Part shown: piece after piece, positions 26,636 to 37,799 of the stretch | Position numbering within the stretch: the stretch's first letter is position 1 | How the letters are laid out: each line of letters starts with the position of its first letter | Origin: the human T2T-CHM13v2.0 reference genome, Homo sapiens | Assembly: GCF_009914755.1 (NCBI RefSeq) | Contig: NC_060944.1 | Direction: 5' to 3' (one strand) | DNA: 64,000 bases | Position numbers and translations under genes: made by a program | Notes under the pieces: model-generated | Told to the model about the DNA's origin: nothing | Database searches by the model: none | What the model saw: the letters and a program-made list of their open reading frames with translations, nothing else

Positions 26636-29600
26636 CTGGAAAACAGGGAGAGTATTTCACAACAACTCTTGCATATATGTAGATAGAAAGAGAGAGGGAA
26701 AGGTGGGACTGAGAGAGAGCGAGAGACTGTGGCTTAGTGAACTTAGCTGAAACAGATGCACACAATTGTGACCTTAAAATGGTTGTTTTAAGCCACAGTT
26801 TGGGGGTAATTGAAGGATCTTCTAAACCAAAACATCTGAAAGCTTTATAGTTTTGCCTTTCACACATCCCACACATACACCATGTCTTTAATCCACCTGG
26901 AAGTGTTTTCCTGTAAGGTGTGAGGTACAGGTCCAATTGTATGTTTTCCCATATGGACAGTTGTCCCAGTAACTTACCAAAAAGCCAGCCCTCCCCCAGT
27001 GTCAGCCGCACCCACTTTCTGTCCACACGTGTGTGTGCTGCCTGCTCCTATTCCTGCTGCATGGGTCCATTTGTCCCCCCAGGCCGATACTGTCCTGCTG
27101 TGATGATCACAGTCTTATCAAAGCACTGAGCTGGGACAGACTCAGCCATCACCTCGTTCTTTAAGGGTGTTTTCCCGATCCTTGGCTCTGAGTTTCTCAT
27201 CCATTTGACAATCGGCTTAGCAGGTTCACTTCATTTCTCTGCAGCCCAATGTCTCACCCTCTGAGAATGCAAAGAGATAATGAATTTGAACATGATTCAT
27301 TGACCACAGAAAACAATTGTGTTTTCATATATTGTTTTTATACGATTAAACCTAAGGAAAAAGCATTATTTGTTATATCTTGTTCTTCTATCATTTCTGA
27401 AAATATCACCTTAATTCATGAATGTCCTCAAGTCCTGAGATGCTGCCTCCTGCTGCTACAGGGCCAAGAGTGTTACACTGGTTCCTATTAAGAATGTTTC
27501 CAAATTCGCCTTACTAAAACTGTAATTTTTTGAAATCTCCTTTTGGATTTTAACAGCCACATTTCAGCTGGCAAACAATTTTGAACACTGGAAACAATTC
27601 AGTCCTGCTGTCAGTCTGTAGCCAGATTCCAATCTGACGTGCTGGGGGATTTGAGTGAGGGTTGAGAGGACCACGTGTAAAATCCTGCTGGCCTCTCCAT
27701 CCTCAGATTGGCACTGTGAGAACCACGCAGGAGTCACTGGCAAGATGTGAACTCTTTATCCTGAAAAATTTTCATATGATATTTTTAAAAGCGTTTTTGT
27801 CTCATGTGAATTTAACCCTATATTGAGAAAGCGGTGTTAATATTTTAATAATATTAATATTAAAAATTATTTTATTTTTACATACTAATTTTACAAAACT
27901 TAGAACATATTTAAAAATTCAAAGTATCCATTTGTCCATGATCTGAAAAATGTTATGAATATTTTTTAAAATTTTCGTCTATTTTTTCGTCTTTATGCAC
28001 GTTTCTTGTTTTCTCTCTTAATATCACACACGCACTACTTTACCTTCTGCATAGGGATGACCTATTGGTTGGCTGGTTACCAGTCATTCCCCTTTCTTTC
28101 TTCTTTGTTGAAAGGGGCCAAATTACATTAGTTAATGGGCAAAAAGAGCGGGGGCTGGCCACGACCTAGCCCCAGAGGTGAATTTTGATTGGACTAAACC
28201 AAACAAGGAATTCTGCCCACCTGGCTGGTGATGATTGGCTTAGGCCTGAGCGTGACATGCAGTGCTGACCAATGAGGAGTGAGAGACGGTCTGCTAGCAG
28301 GTGGGGGTTTACTCCTTGATGAAATGTGGCCATAGGTAATCTCCACTGTGATGTCTGAACTTCAGGAACCTCCAGTGACCTTGCAGGGACAAGCTTGAGT
28401 CCTGGATTCCTGATGATGTTCGTGAGCGGCTCAAAGTCCTCGTCTCCAGACTCTAGTCACACAGGACAGCGGTGGTCCTCTGTGGGGCGTGGCCAGTTGA
28501 GCTCCTGGTCCTTGCACAGCCAGGGAGAGAGCAGCCCAATGACACACCGAGCCCTGCTCTTAGGGCGACGTTTTGCTGTGTTCGTAGAGTTCTTCTTGAG
28601 TTGTTGTTGCAGACCATTCCAACAAGCTATTATTCCATGATTTATTTTGTTTGTCCCATATTGTCAAAAAATGATAATGATAAACTTTCTCGTTTGATTT
28701 TTGATATTAATAGAAATGCCAATAATTACAGTAATAATAGTTAATATTTAATTTGCTCCTTCCTCAGAAACTGAGCCAAGTATATTACTCATGTCATCTC
28801 ATTTAATCTTCAGAAAAATGAGTGTTCTGCTGTCATCCCCATTTTACAGTTGAAAAACCAAGAGATCAGAAAGGTAGTGAAACTCATCCAAGGTCACATG
28901 GCTAGAGTTGGCAAAGCCGCCTCAAAGACTCTGCTCTTATATATGTACATATAAACACGTGTATGTATGTATACATTATAAAATATTAACCTGCCATATT
29001 GAAGAGAGTTCCTTATGTTAAGAAAGCATCCTTCCATTTTTACTTCAGTGCTTCTAGCCCCTTTCTCTCGTGCCACTTCCTATTTTCTCCTTTTCCTTTG
29101 TAATATTACATAGAGATTTGTCCACTACTTGTATATTTTGTATGCAGAACCAGTTGTTAAGGTTATTCATTTCATTTTCATTCTGCTTTACATATTTATT
29201 TCTATCTTTTTTCTTTTTTAGGGATTTTTTTTACTCAGCAAAATTTTGTCAGCATCATTCCACATTAATAAATAAGCCTTACTGTTACAATTTTAGTGGC
29301 TGCCCGTATTGTCTAAGTGTGATGTATGTAAGTTGCACAGCTTACTGGTTCCCTCTCCCAAACTCAATCCTGGATAAGCTAAGGAAGAGGGATGGAAGCA
29401 ACAACCGAGGAGTAAACATGAGGAAATGTGTTGAGAACCAACCCTCTGGGAGGCAGAACCTGTGTGGCTACAGAGCCTGGAGCCAGGGCTGCTGTCTCTA
29501 AACAGGAAAGACAGAAGAACTTCTAGAGTTCATGCCAACTGCTCATTATGGGTGCAGTCTCAGGCCTCAGTTATGATATCTGTTAGCCAGAATTAATACA

Positions 29601-30097
29601 AGAACATAGGGCTTATCATTTTCTGTTGCTACAGAAAGGAACTGGTGATGTTTAATTTTCCCAAGAGTATGGAACTAACATAGGATGAGAAAAATAGGCC
29701 AAAGGGAGAGAGCTTCTGTTTTCTCACCTGCAGAGATGGGAGCACCAAGCCTAGCCTGACAGATCACTGGGCCAGTTCCCAGAGAAAGCCCTCACAATGA
29801 GCAGTTCCACACTTTCCTTGTACTGCCCTTCCTTCTTCAGGAAGCACCATATTTTCCCATCAACTAGAAGGTATCTTTCTGGCCTCTGAACTCCAAAGAG
29901 TGTATCAGACACAGCTGCTGCCCCAGAGGAGTTGACAAGGCAACACATGGTAAGAGCTGCAGCCTGAAGAATAAAACATGTCACATGTCCCCAGATTGAG
30001 AAGGGGTGAAGGGAGAGCCTGGCTGGGATCAGAGATAGTGGAGATGTACAAGTGTGTAATAGAGGAGTGCCTTGAAAAGTAAACACACCACAAAATG

Positions 30098-30103
30098 TTT
30101 ATT
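30098..30103 (-). terminator. VSX1: Poly(A) signal AATAAA of the main VSX1 transcript
   Basis: About 780 nt after the stop codon, followed on the minus strand by a GU/U-rich tract (ttgtggtgtgtttactttt). Confidence 0.75.
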
Positions 30104-30877
30104 TTTAAAGAATAAATAAATGGCAAAGGAAACGCAGGAAAGGAAAGATTTACAAAATCCAAGTCACTAAAGTGCTTTCAATCACAAATTTTGAAAGACC
30201 AAAAGCCTGGTCTGACCTAAAAACACTGTTTCCAGCTATCCAACAATTGTTTAAATATGATCCCATGCTATTTTTAAAGGAAATGCAGAAACGACTAGAG
30301 TATGGGTTTCTTTGAATTCCAATATGCATAGCCTATCAAGTGACACTCAAGAAAACACAAAATTACTCCCTAACAAGAAAATTGAAATATCCAAGGCCAA
30401 GTTCAAGGTAAAGACAATATAATTCATTCATGTGTCTGTATGGAGTCTTCACTATGATGATATCAGATTCTTCTGGATATTAAACAATTTTATATTTCCT
30501 AATTGAGAATGAGGACATCAGACCTAACCTATTCATCTATACAGTACATTGAACCACACATCTCAAATGATGCCCAGCAGTGAAATCATTTTTGAACTTC
30601 GGATCCTCCCTGCTCAAGCTACAAAAGAGAATCAAAAGTTTTGCACCAAGTTAACTGGTTAAAGTGCCATTAAGGAACCGTTTCCATTCTAGAATGAAAT
30701 AGAATTTTCCCTAGGTCACTCATCTGTCCTCTTAAAGCAAGTGGCATTGCATTTTATCTTGACATTGTCAGAAGAAAATCAAACTGAGAGTATATGTCTT
30801 GGACAATTTTTGTCTTTTGGAAAATGCCAGTGAGGAATATGCACATTTTCAGCCTTTGACAGTGGGACCTGTGGGTC

Positions 30878-31167
30878 TCATGTGGCTCCCACCTTCCCTG
30901 GCTGGGGCCCCTCCAGTGCCGTGGAGTTGGAGCCTCCTTGAGCACCAGCCCCAGGGTGCACTTTCTTGGTCTCCTGCCGGGCAGAGCTGGAGAGGTCAAT
31001 AGCCACATCTTCCAAGCCATTCTCAGGGCTCACTTTATCTGAGCCTCTCTGTGATCCTGACTCACTCTGGCTAGAACCTTCTTTGAAGTGGTCAGAGCCC
31101 CAGAGTCCTGCCAACTTATCTTCACTTCCTGGCTTCCTTATCATCCCCATGGATTTTTTATGCATCC
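30878..31167 (-). CDS. VSX1: VSX1 exon 5, coding part (290 nt)
   Basis: Acceptor after a long T tract (tttttacaag|); (G)MHKKS...GKVGAT*; completes the CVC domain; total CDS 1098 nt. Confidence 0.96.
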
Positions 31168-32301
31168 CTTGTAAAAAAAAAAATAAAAAGGAAAAAATAA
31201 AAATAAAAATTTAAATTCAGCAATGAAGTAAATTTCCTTCTTATTGTTCTCTAAATCCCACTAGAATTGTCCTTGTCAGTGCCTATCTCTGGGGCCTACA
31301 GGAGAGGCAGGTAGGTAACTCCCACCTTAGGGGTTTAAAGCAGGTGTCTGACCCCAGGTCACATCCAGCAAAGGTGTTTAGGATGACACAGTGATTGGCA
31401 TTGGGCCCACTTTCCCCTAGGCTGCGGTCTCGCAGATGCCAGTAAGTGCCCTCCCCCACCTGTTTGTGCAATTTCAGATGAGCCAGTTTGGGTCACTGCC
31501 TACAATGCTCCCTCTAGTGTTTCAGTCCTTGAGAGCAAAGTCAGGACATATCTATGATTGGAACCTCCAGTGCCCAGGATAGGGCTGCTTGGTAGCTGTT
31601 CAAAAACTGTTCGCTGAGCAAAAAACTTCCTCCATCTAAACCTAAAATGCCACCATGATCCTCCTAACTAATTACCCCATGCCCGGAGGTACTCATCTGT
31701 GACTCATTCCCACAATCTGTGATCCCTGCCTGTTGGTTTCTGGCGACAGCAAACAGGGCAACAAGGGTGGAGCATCCTGAGAGTGCTGGGTCTCAGCAGC
31801 GGAGACTCTTTGAGCACCAAAAATCTAAGGGACAGAAAAGCCACTCGGCAGGTTGTTCATGGCAGAACCAAGCCCGGGGCCAGCCCTCCTGACTCAGATG
31901 GAGGGGCTCACTGTCCCCAGGGGTCGCTGCTCAGCACTGCCCTGTTTCCTATTACCAAGTGCCCTAAATTGTATGGTTTCTAAAAATTCTAACAGCATTC
32001 AACACTTGGATGCTGTTAATGCAATGATGTCATTTCACCCTTAAATCCCAAATACATATTTAGCATGCATAGCCCGGTGAGACTTCCACACAGCCTAGAC
32101 AGTCTCTGTGAAAAATGAGGCAACCATCCAGTTGCTGCAAGCTTTGTTATTAATTAAAAATAATAAGAACGGTTCTGGACCTGAATCTCAGTAAACTGAC
32201 GTTGCTTTGCTTTGGAAATGGCTGCCTCGGTGGGGACACCCTGGGATTCCCCCACCTCCTACAACACCTCGAGCCGTGCGATCCCGGGGGCCCTTCCTTA
32301 C

Positions 32302-32482
32302 CCAGGAGCCAGGGCGCGCAGGAGCCCAGCAGGCCGCCCTCGGCGGAGTTGAGCACGGAGTCTGGCAGCGGGATGCAGTGGCGCACCATGGCCCCGTACA
32401 GCCCGTACTCGGCCATCACGCTGCTGCCGCCCCAGCGCTTCTCCCGCTTGCGCCATTTGGCCCTGCGGTTTTGAAACCAGAC
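32302..32482 (-). CDS. VSX1: VSX1 exon 4 (181 nt): homeodomain helix 3 and CVC domain
   Basis: [15 protein letters not shown] (Q50 paired-like), then [17 protein letters not shown]...CAPWLL; canonical AG and GTAAGG sites; locally CpG-rich. Confidence 0.98.
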
Positions 32483-33352
32483 CTGGTTGGAGGCAGGAGA
32501 AGCAGAAGGCACACAGAAGAGACAGTGAAGAGGGGCGCCTGGAGGAGCGGAGGCGGCGTCCCAGGGCTCGGATCTTCTCTCCCGAGCATGATCCCATGCT
32601 ATTTCTGAAGGAAATAGCTCCCGAGGGCCAACCAGCCGCCCTCAGGGAGAGCGCCCAGGAGCCCCCAGCAGCGCCCACGTGCGGTCCGGACTCACGGGCA
32701 TTCAACGCAGTAGGGACACTTGTGACCACGTCCACTGAAGTTTCCATAGAGTCAGGAATGAAAAAAACTAAAGAATCAAACTCCCTTTTCCCACATTGTG
32801 TGAAGAGGTCAACTACAGTGTTTCCTGCTTTTTCTCATTAATTGGAATGAGCTCACTGGGGCACTGGCTCCTTCCGAGCTTAGGCTATTGGGTTGCTGGT
32901 GATATTTCTCATTAAAAACATTATGTTAATAAAGGACTATTATGAAATACGGTTTAGCTGTTAAAAAAAGAGTTAGTGACATATCTTCTGATAAAACCAA
33001 GAGGAAAATTCTATGTATGCATGTGAGTGTGTGTATATATGCATGTAGATATGTATATGCACATACATATTCAGGGGCAGATAATATACTCCACAAAGTA
33101 GAGAAAGGTCTCCTCAGGCATTTGTGTTGATTTCTTTCAGGGTTTGAGATGGAGAGGTAGTCTCTTTTTTTTTTTTTTCATTGACATATCTTTATAGTTT
33201 CTAGTTGCAGCACACATTATCATGTGATTTTAAAGAATGATTTGATACTAAATAATAATAAAATGAAAAAAGGCATGAGGGTCATAGGGGCAAGCTCTTG
33301 TGGTGCCTTCAGCTAAGGGACCCTCAGTTTCTATGCAAAGGGAGCGTGTTGG

Positions 33353-33445
33353 CTATAGAGAAGGGACTGCTGATTGGCTCACTGAATGTGGGAATGACAC
33401 GTTCTCTGTGGTATCTTTGGAGCGGAGAAAAGGGACCCCAGACAC
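33353..33445 (-). CDS. VSX1: VSX1 short-isoform tail from read-through into intron 3 (239 aa total, truncated homeodomain)
   Basis: Frame stays open for 30 codons ([10 protein letters not shown]...AVPSL*) past the weak donor CAG|GTGTCT; matches the recalled 239-aa isoform. Confidence 0.75.
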   Translation of the reverse strand: MSGVPFLRSKDTTENVSFPHSVSQSAVPSL

Positions 33446-33569
33446 CTGTATCCGGTCTTCGGGGAGCTCAGTTTTCACAGCCAGCATTTCTCGGGCATAC
33501 ACATCAGGGTAGTGGGCCTCGCTGAATGCCTTCTCCAACTCTTCCAGCTGGTGAGCAGTGAAAACTGTC
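33446..33569 (-). CDS. VSX1: VSX1 exon 3 (124 nt): homeodomain helices 1-2
   Basis: (R)[41 protein letters not shown]; acceptor ttgcag|, donor |GTGTCT. Confidence 0.98.
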
Positions 33570-34052
33570 CTGCAAGGACCCCAAAACACACAGGTGGGCA
33601 CATGTCCCCTGGGGACAGCAGCCTCCCTGGCCTTAAGGACCACCGTGCCTGCTTCCTCTGCTGTCCAGACCCTAGAAGCCACTTCATGATAATGGAACAC
33701 CCCACCTCTGAATGATTAGCTGATGTCCAGAAATTTGATTCAAACGAAAACAGTTCTTTAGCTCTTTCTTAATGAATTCCATCAGCTCATTCTGACAAAA
33801 TCCATTTGACAGATCCACAAAATTGTCTTTAAAATGCTCCCAAAAAAATGCTAGCAAGATTGTAGCATTTTCCCAGCCTCCTAGGAACTGCAGAATTATC
33901 TTCCCAAATGGCTTCTGTGCCCTTCCCATTGCCAACCAGGAAACCACTGGGCCTGCTATCATGCCGGGCCATAAATTCTCAGATGCAGGTGCCATAAACC
34001 TTGGGCTGTGTCCCGAGGAAAGGCAGGCAGAGGGGACTGCCTGGCCCTATAC

Positions 34053-34131
34053 CTGTGCCGCCGCTTCTTCCTCTTGCCCAAGGTGGGGGATGCCTTTAGG
34101 TCATTCCTGTCTTCAGACTGGCTGTCCTCAT
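34053..34131 (-). CDS. VSX1: VSX1 exon 2 (79 nt): acidic region and basic NLS
   Basis: (D)EDSQSEDRNDLKASPTLGKRKKRRH(R); acceptor gccatcag|, donor |GTATAG; phases 1 and 2 fit the neighbouring exons. Confidence 0.97.
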
Positions 34132-34249
34132 CTGATGGCACAGAAAGAAGAAGAGGACTTTAAGGGTGATCATATCCCCTCTATTTCCTGGATTTTAATG
34201 TGAGGATTGAAGTTATGAACCTCTTGGGTACTTAAGTAGTTTACAGTAT

Positions 34250-34510
34250 GAGCCAGCATTTTTAGTGCCTACTAGATCCCAGGCTCTGTGCTTAACACTG
34301 TCCATACATTATCTCAAGTATTCTTAATATAATAATAAAACACCAAAATGGCTGCTGCTATTATTATCATCCTATTTTTACAGATGAGGAAACTGAGGCA
34401 CCGAATGGTTAAGTAATTTGCCCAAAATCACACAGGTAGTAAATGGTGAAGTTGAGAATTCAAATCCCAGATTATCTGAAGCCAAAACTACTCAGCCACT
34501 GATTGCACTT
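34250..34510 (+). mobile_element. MIR SINE in VSX1 intron 1 (others near 3900, 13100, 28740, 41330 and 44320)
   Basis: MIR core ttttacagatgaggaaactgaggcac...ttaagtaatttgcccaa. Confidence 0.85.
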
Positions 34511-36289
34511 TCTATCCCCACACTGCTTCCAAACACATCCACCCCTATGCCCCCAGCCTCATCATCTTAACCTCTACACCAACATTTCCCAAAGGAAGTC
34601 TGGGGCTTGTGACATCAGAACCCTCGTCAGAACTGCAACCCTTCCCTGATGCACCAAATCAGAATCTCTGGAGGTGGGATCTAGGAGGCTCATTCTTGAC
34701 AAGTGTGCTCAGATGATGTGTAGTTGCCCTTGAAAATTTGAGAACCACTCCACTGTGCTTTACCTTTTTATATCCAATACATCAAAAAGTCTAGATGGAA
34801 AAGAAGGTTAGAAGGCCAAACTATTGTGAGATTCATTGCTAGAAGGCATAATTGCCTCAAAATATCTTTAAAATGAATAAAGGCAAAAATAACTAAATAA
34901 TACTAGTTTTACTCATCCATCAATTAGTTCACCAGAAACCTGGCTTGGATTAAAACATTCTGTATTGGGCTGTCCAACCTGATGAGACATGAGACACATA
35001 AGGTTATTAAGCACATGAAATGTGGCCAGTAAGATCAAGACATGCTGTAAACATAAATCACTTAATGGAGTTAGAAGACTTAGTGCTCCTAAAAAGTAAA
35101 ATATTTTTGTATTGATTATGTGTAAAATGATAATATTTGCTATCATTGTTGGGTTAAAATATAGTATTTAGATTCATTTCACTTTTAATGTGACTGTGAG
35201 AAATTTCCGTCAAACATGAAATCACATTTCATTTTTCTTGGACAGCTCTGCTCCAGACTTTCAGAAATGCTGGCAGAGTTGGATTTAGCTGCCTTTGGTT
35301 TTGTAAGAAAGAACCCATCCCATGAAAACAGTTTTGCATTTTTAGTGACACTAATAGGGAGTTTCATTTTATCTTACGTAGAGCTCATGAAATAAAGTCC
35401 TTTTAGAGTGGAGCAAAAACCTGCCTGCCTATTGATCTGACATGCTTCCTTTTAGTATCAGAAGACCCAGTCTACTCTTTTTGCCTTGGCTGCCTGGATG
35501 CTCAGCTCTAGATTCTACCACATACCATCCTTTCTTGTGTAATTCTTTCTTTTCTCTCCCACACCCAAAACCACTCGTTTCCTTAGCCCTTGTCCTTTAT
35601 AGAATTTCATTGCTTCCTTCTCTTTCCCCGCGACCCGTCTGGATTTCTTTGGGGAAATGGGTAGGCCAGGAACACATCTCTAGGCGTAACTACAATGAAT
35701 CCCCAAGGTTGCTTCTTTCTCCTGCACAGGGGACTGGGAGGACGCTGCGCCGGCAGAGGAGCGCGGTACCCGGGACTCCCTTTTCAGCACCCCAAGGGGC
35801 GGACAGTTCCAGGGCTCGAGGCCCCGTACTCTTCCAGGACCCGTCAATCATTCGATCATTTCCGCCCGCGTTTCCACCTGGTACCTTGTTCGGTGCTGCT
35901 GGTGACCACCACAGGCCCGGGCCTTCCCGACCCACGCAGCTGCCAGAGGCGGAGACTGGCGCCTGGCGCTGGGGGGAAAAATGGCCCTCTGGAGATGGTT
36001 GTTGAAGACCCCAGGGTCTCATCAAAAGGTTCCACCCGGAACCAGGTGGTGGCGGTCTCACATCGCTGAGGGAACAGGACCCCGGATGAGAGGCAGGGAT
36101 TTAGGATGCAGCAAGGGGCAGGCGGCGCAGCTCCGCGAATGCCCCTCCCGCGACGGGGCCTCGCTCTGGGCTCCCCGCCTAGATCTGGGCCGCTGGGGCC
36201 AGGGGTGCGGTGGGGCGATGGTCTGTGACCCCTGCGCGGCTCAGAGCCTAGGGGACAGGGGCAGGAGCGGAAAGCGCGGGCCTGATTAC

Positions 36290-36713
36290 CGGACGTGGAG
36301 ACGCTGTCGCTGCGCTTCTGGCGGCCGAGCGCAGGCGGCGGACGGCTGGGAGCCAGCGGGGCAGCGGGCTCGGGGCCCCTGGGCGGCAGGAACGGCACGT
36401 CCGCTAGGAGCAGGCAGGGTGCTCGAGCGGCCGCCGGCGGCTGCGTGCCGAAGCCACAGAGGAGGCCGAGTCCCAGCGGTAGGGCCCCACGCGCCAGGCT
36501 GGAGCCGTCAAGCCCCGGGCCCGGGCACGGCGCGACTGCCGGACCCTCGCAGCCAGATCCCTGTCCTGGGCCAGCGGGCGCCGGCAGCTCGGCCTCCAAG
36601 CCCAGCAGGTCCGTGATGGCGAAGCCCCGGGGGCGCGAGCCCCTAGGGGAACCGCCAGGCACCAGCGCCCTGCTGCTAGTGCGCCCGTCGGAAAGCGAGT
36701 CCCGGCCGGTCAT
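36290..36713 (-). CDS. VSX1: VSX1 exon 1, coding part (424 nt)
   Basis: MTGRDSLSDG... with eh1/octapeptide FAITDLLG, LGLGLLCG motif and a Pro-rich region; donor CCG|GTAATC. Confidence 0.98.
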
Positions 36714-36749
36714 GGTTCCTTAGCAAGCAAGGCGCGAGCCTCTCTGGAT

Positions 36750-36900
36750 CCCGTTTGCGGAGGGCCCAGCTTAGAGGAAGCTTTATAGGATTGGGCTGCC
36801 GGTCGGGCGCGGGAGGCCTGAAGGGCTCCAATCAGCTGGGCGCGGGCGCGTCGCCGTTCCGGACCCCGCGAGATGGGGACGCCACCAGTTCCCCTCCCCT
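36750..36900 (-). promoter_or_regulatory. VSX1: VSX1 core promoter within a CpG island (about 35700-37000)
   Basis: TATAAA at 36782-36787 (minus), about 70 nt upstream of the ATG; CCAAT motifs at about 36790 and 36828. Confidence 0.8.
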
Positions 36901-37503
36901 CGGTTACCGCCCACCCAGCTGCAGTCCCCTCAGTCACCTCCTTCTCCTCCTCTCTTCTGTCCAGCCCACCCCACCCCACCCCACCCCCATTCTAGGAGGG
37001 AGGGGAGGAAAGAAGGTAAGGGACAGTGACTCCGCTGTCTGCCTGTCCCTCGAAAAGTCGCAAGTTCTACATCCTGGCGTGGCCTTCTCCTTCCTTCCAG
37101 ACTCTCTGGGTGGAGGCCCCACTCCCAGCTGCCCTGAAGCTTCTTTGATGCGACCCAACTGCCTATTAAGACCTAGGACCCCATTCCCAACCACACCCCG
37201 ATGGCTACCCCATATATGTCCCCAGCCAGCCCTCCACCTCCGCCGCCGGTGCCACGAAGGCCTTCCTGTAAGAAGGCCTTCTCTGAAAATCCCCAAGGGG
37301 AAAGGAATGAAAACCGTGTATTTAATCCATGGTCATCCTACCTCCATCCCTTTAATCCATGGTCATTCTACCTCCATCCAAATCCACCCCCAGGTCCATC
37401 CCCAACACTCCACAGGCTGAACTGTAGGGGGTGGCAGACTCACAAGAGCTGGGGAAAGGGAGAGAAGCAGAGAGAGGAGTGGACTGCCCGGGGCTGAGAC
37501 GGG

Positions 37504-37623
37504 CAGGGTACCAGGTTTAACCAACAAAACACTGTCGGCTCAGTGAAATGTGATTTCAGATAAAAAAGGAGGGCTTTTTTTTTTTTGTAGGAGTATGTAT
37601 CAGTATTTTATCCAGCAACCCTA
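37504..37623. mobile_element. MER53-like hAT MITE
   Basis: cagggtaccag...tatttta tccagcaaccct terminal inverted repeats; family from recall. Confidence 0.6.
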
Positions 37624-37799
37624 AATTGGGGAGGAGTGGAGGGAGGTAAATTGAAATAAAATAGAGTCTGTCTACTGGAAAGCACACCTTTTCATCGGGG
37701 CTTACAATTTATTGTCCAATTTCACGATTATTCAAAGAAAGCCTGATTCTTTGAATAATCAGTGAAACTCTGATATTCGCTAAAGTTGGCCCCAAGCAC

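Noticed and set aside
33570-33700. In-frame ORF extension upstream of VSX1 exon 3
   Set aside because: Non-ATG start within intron 2; no supporting acceptor or promoter is evident.
35981-37420. Plus-strand 211, 142 and 221 aa ORFs antisense to VSX1
   Set aside because: GC-driven stop depletion, mostly non-ATG starts, no homology.
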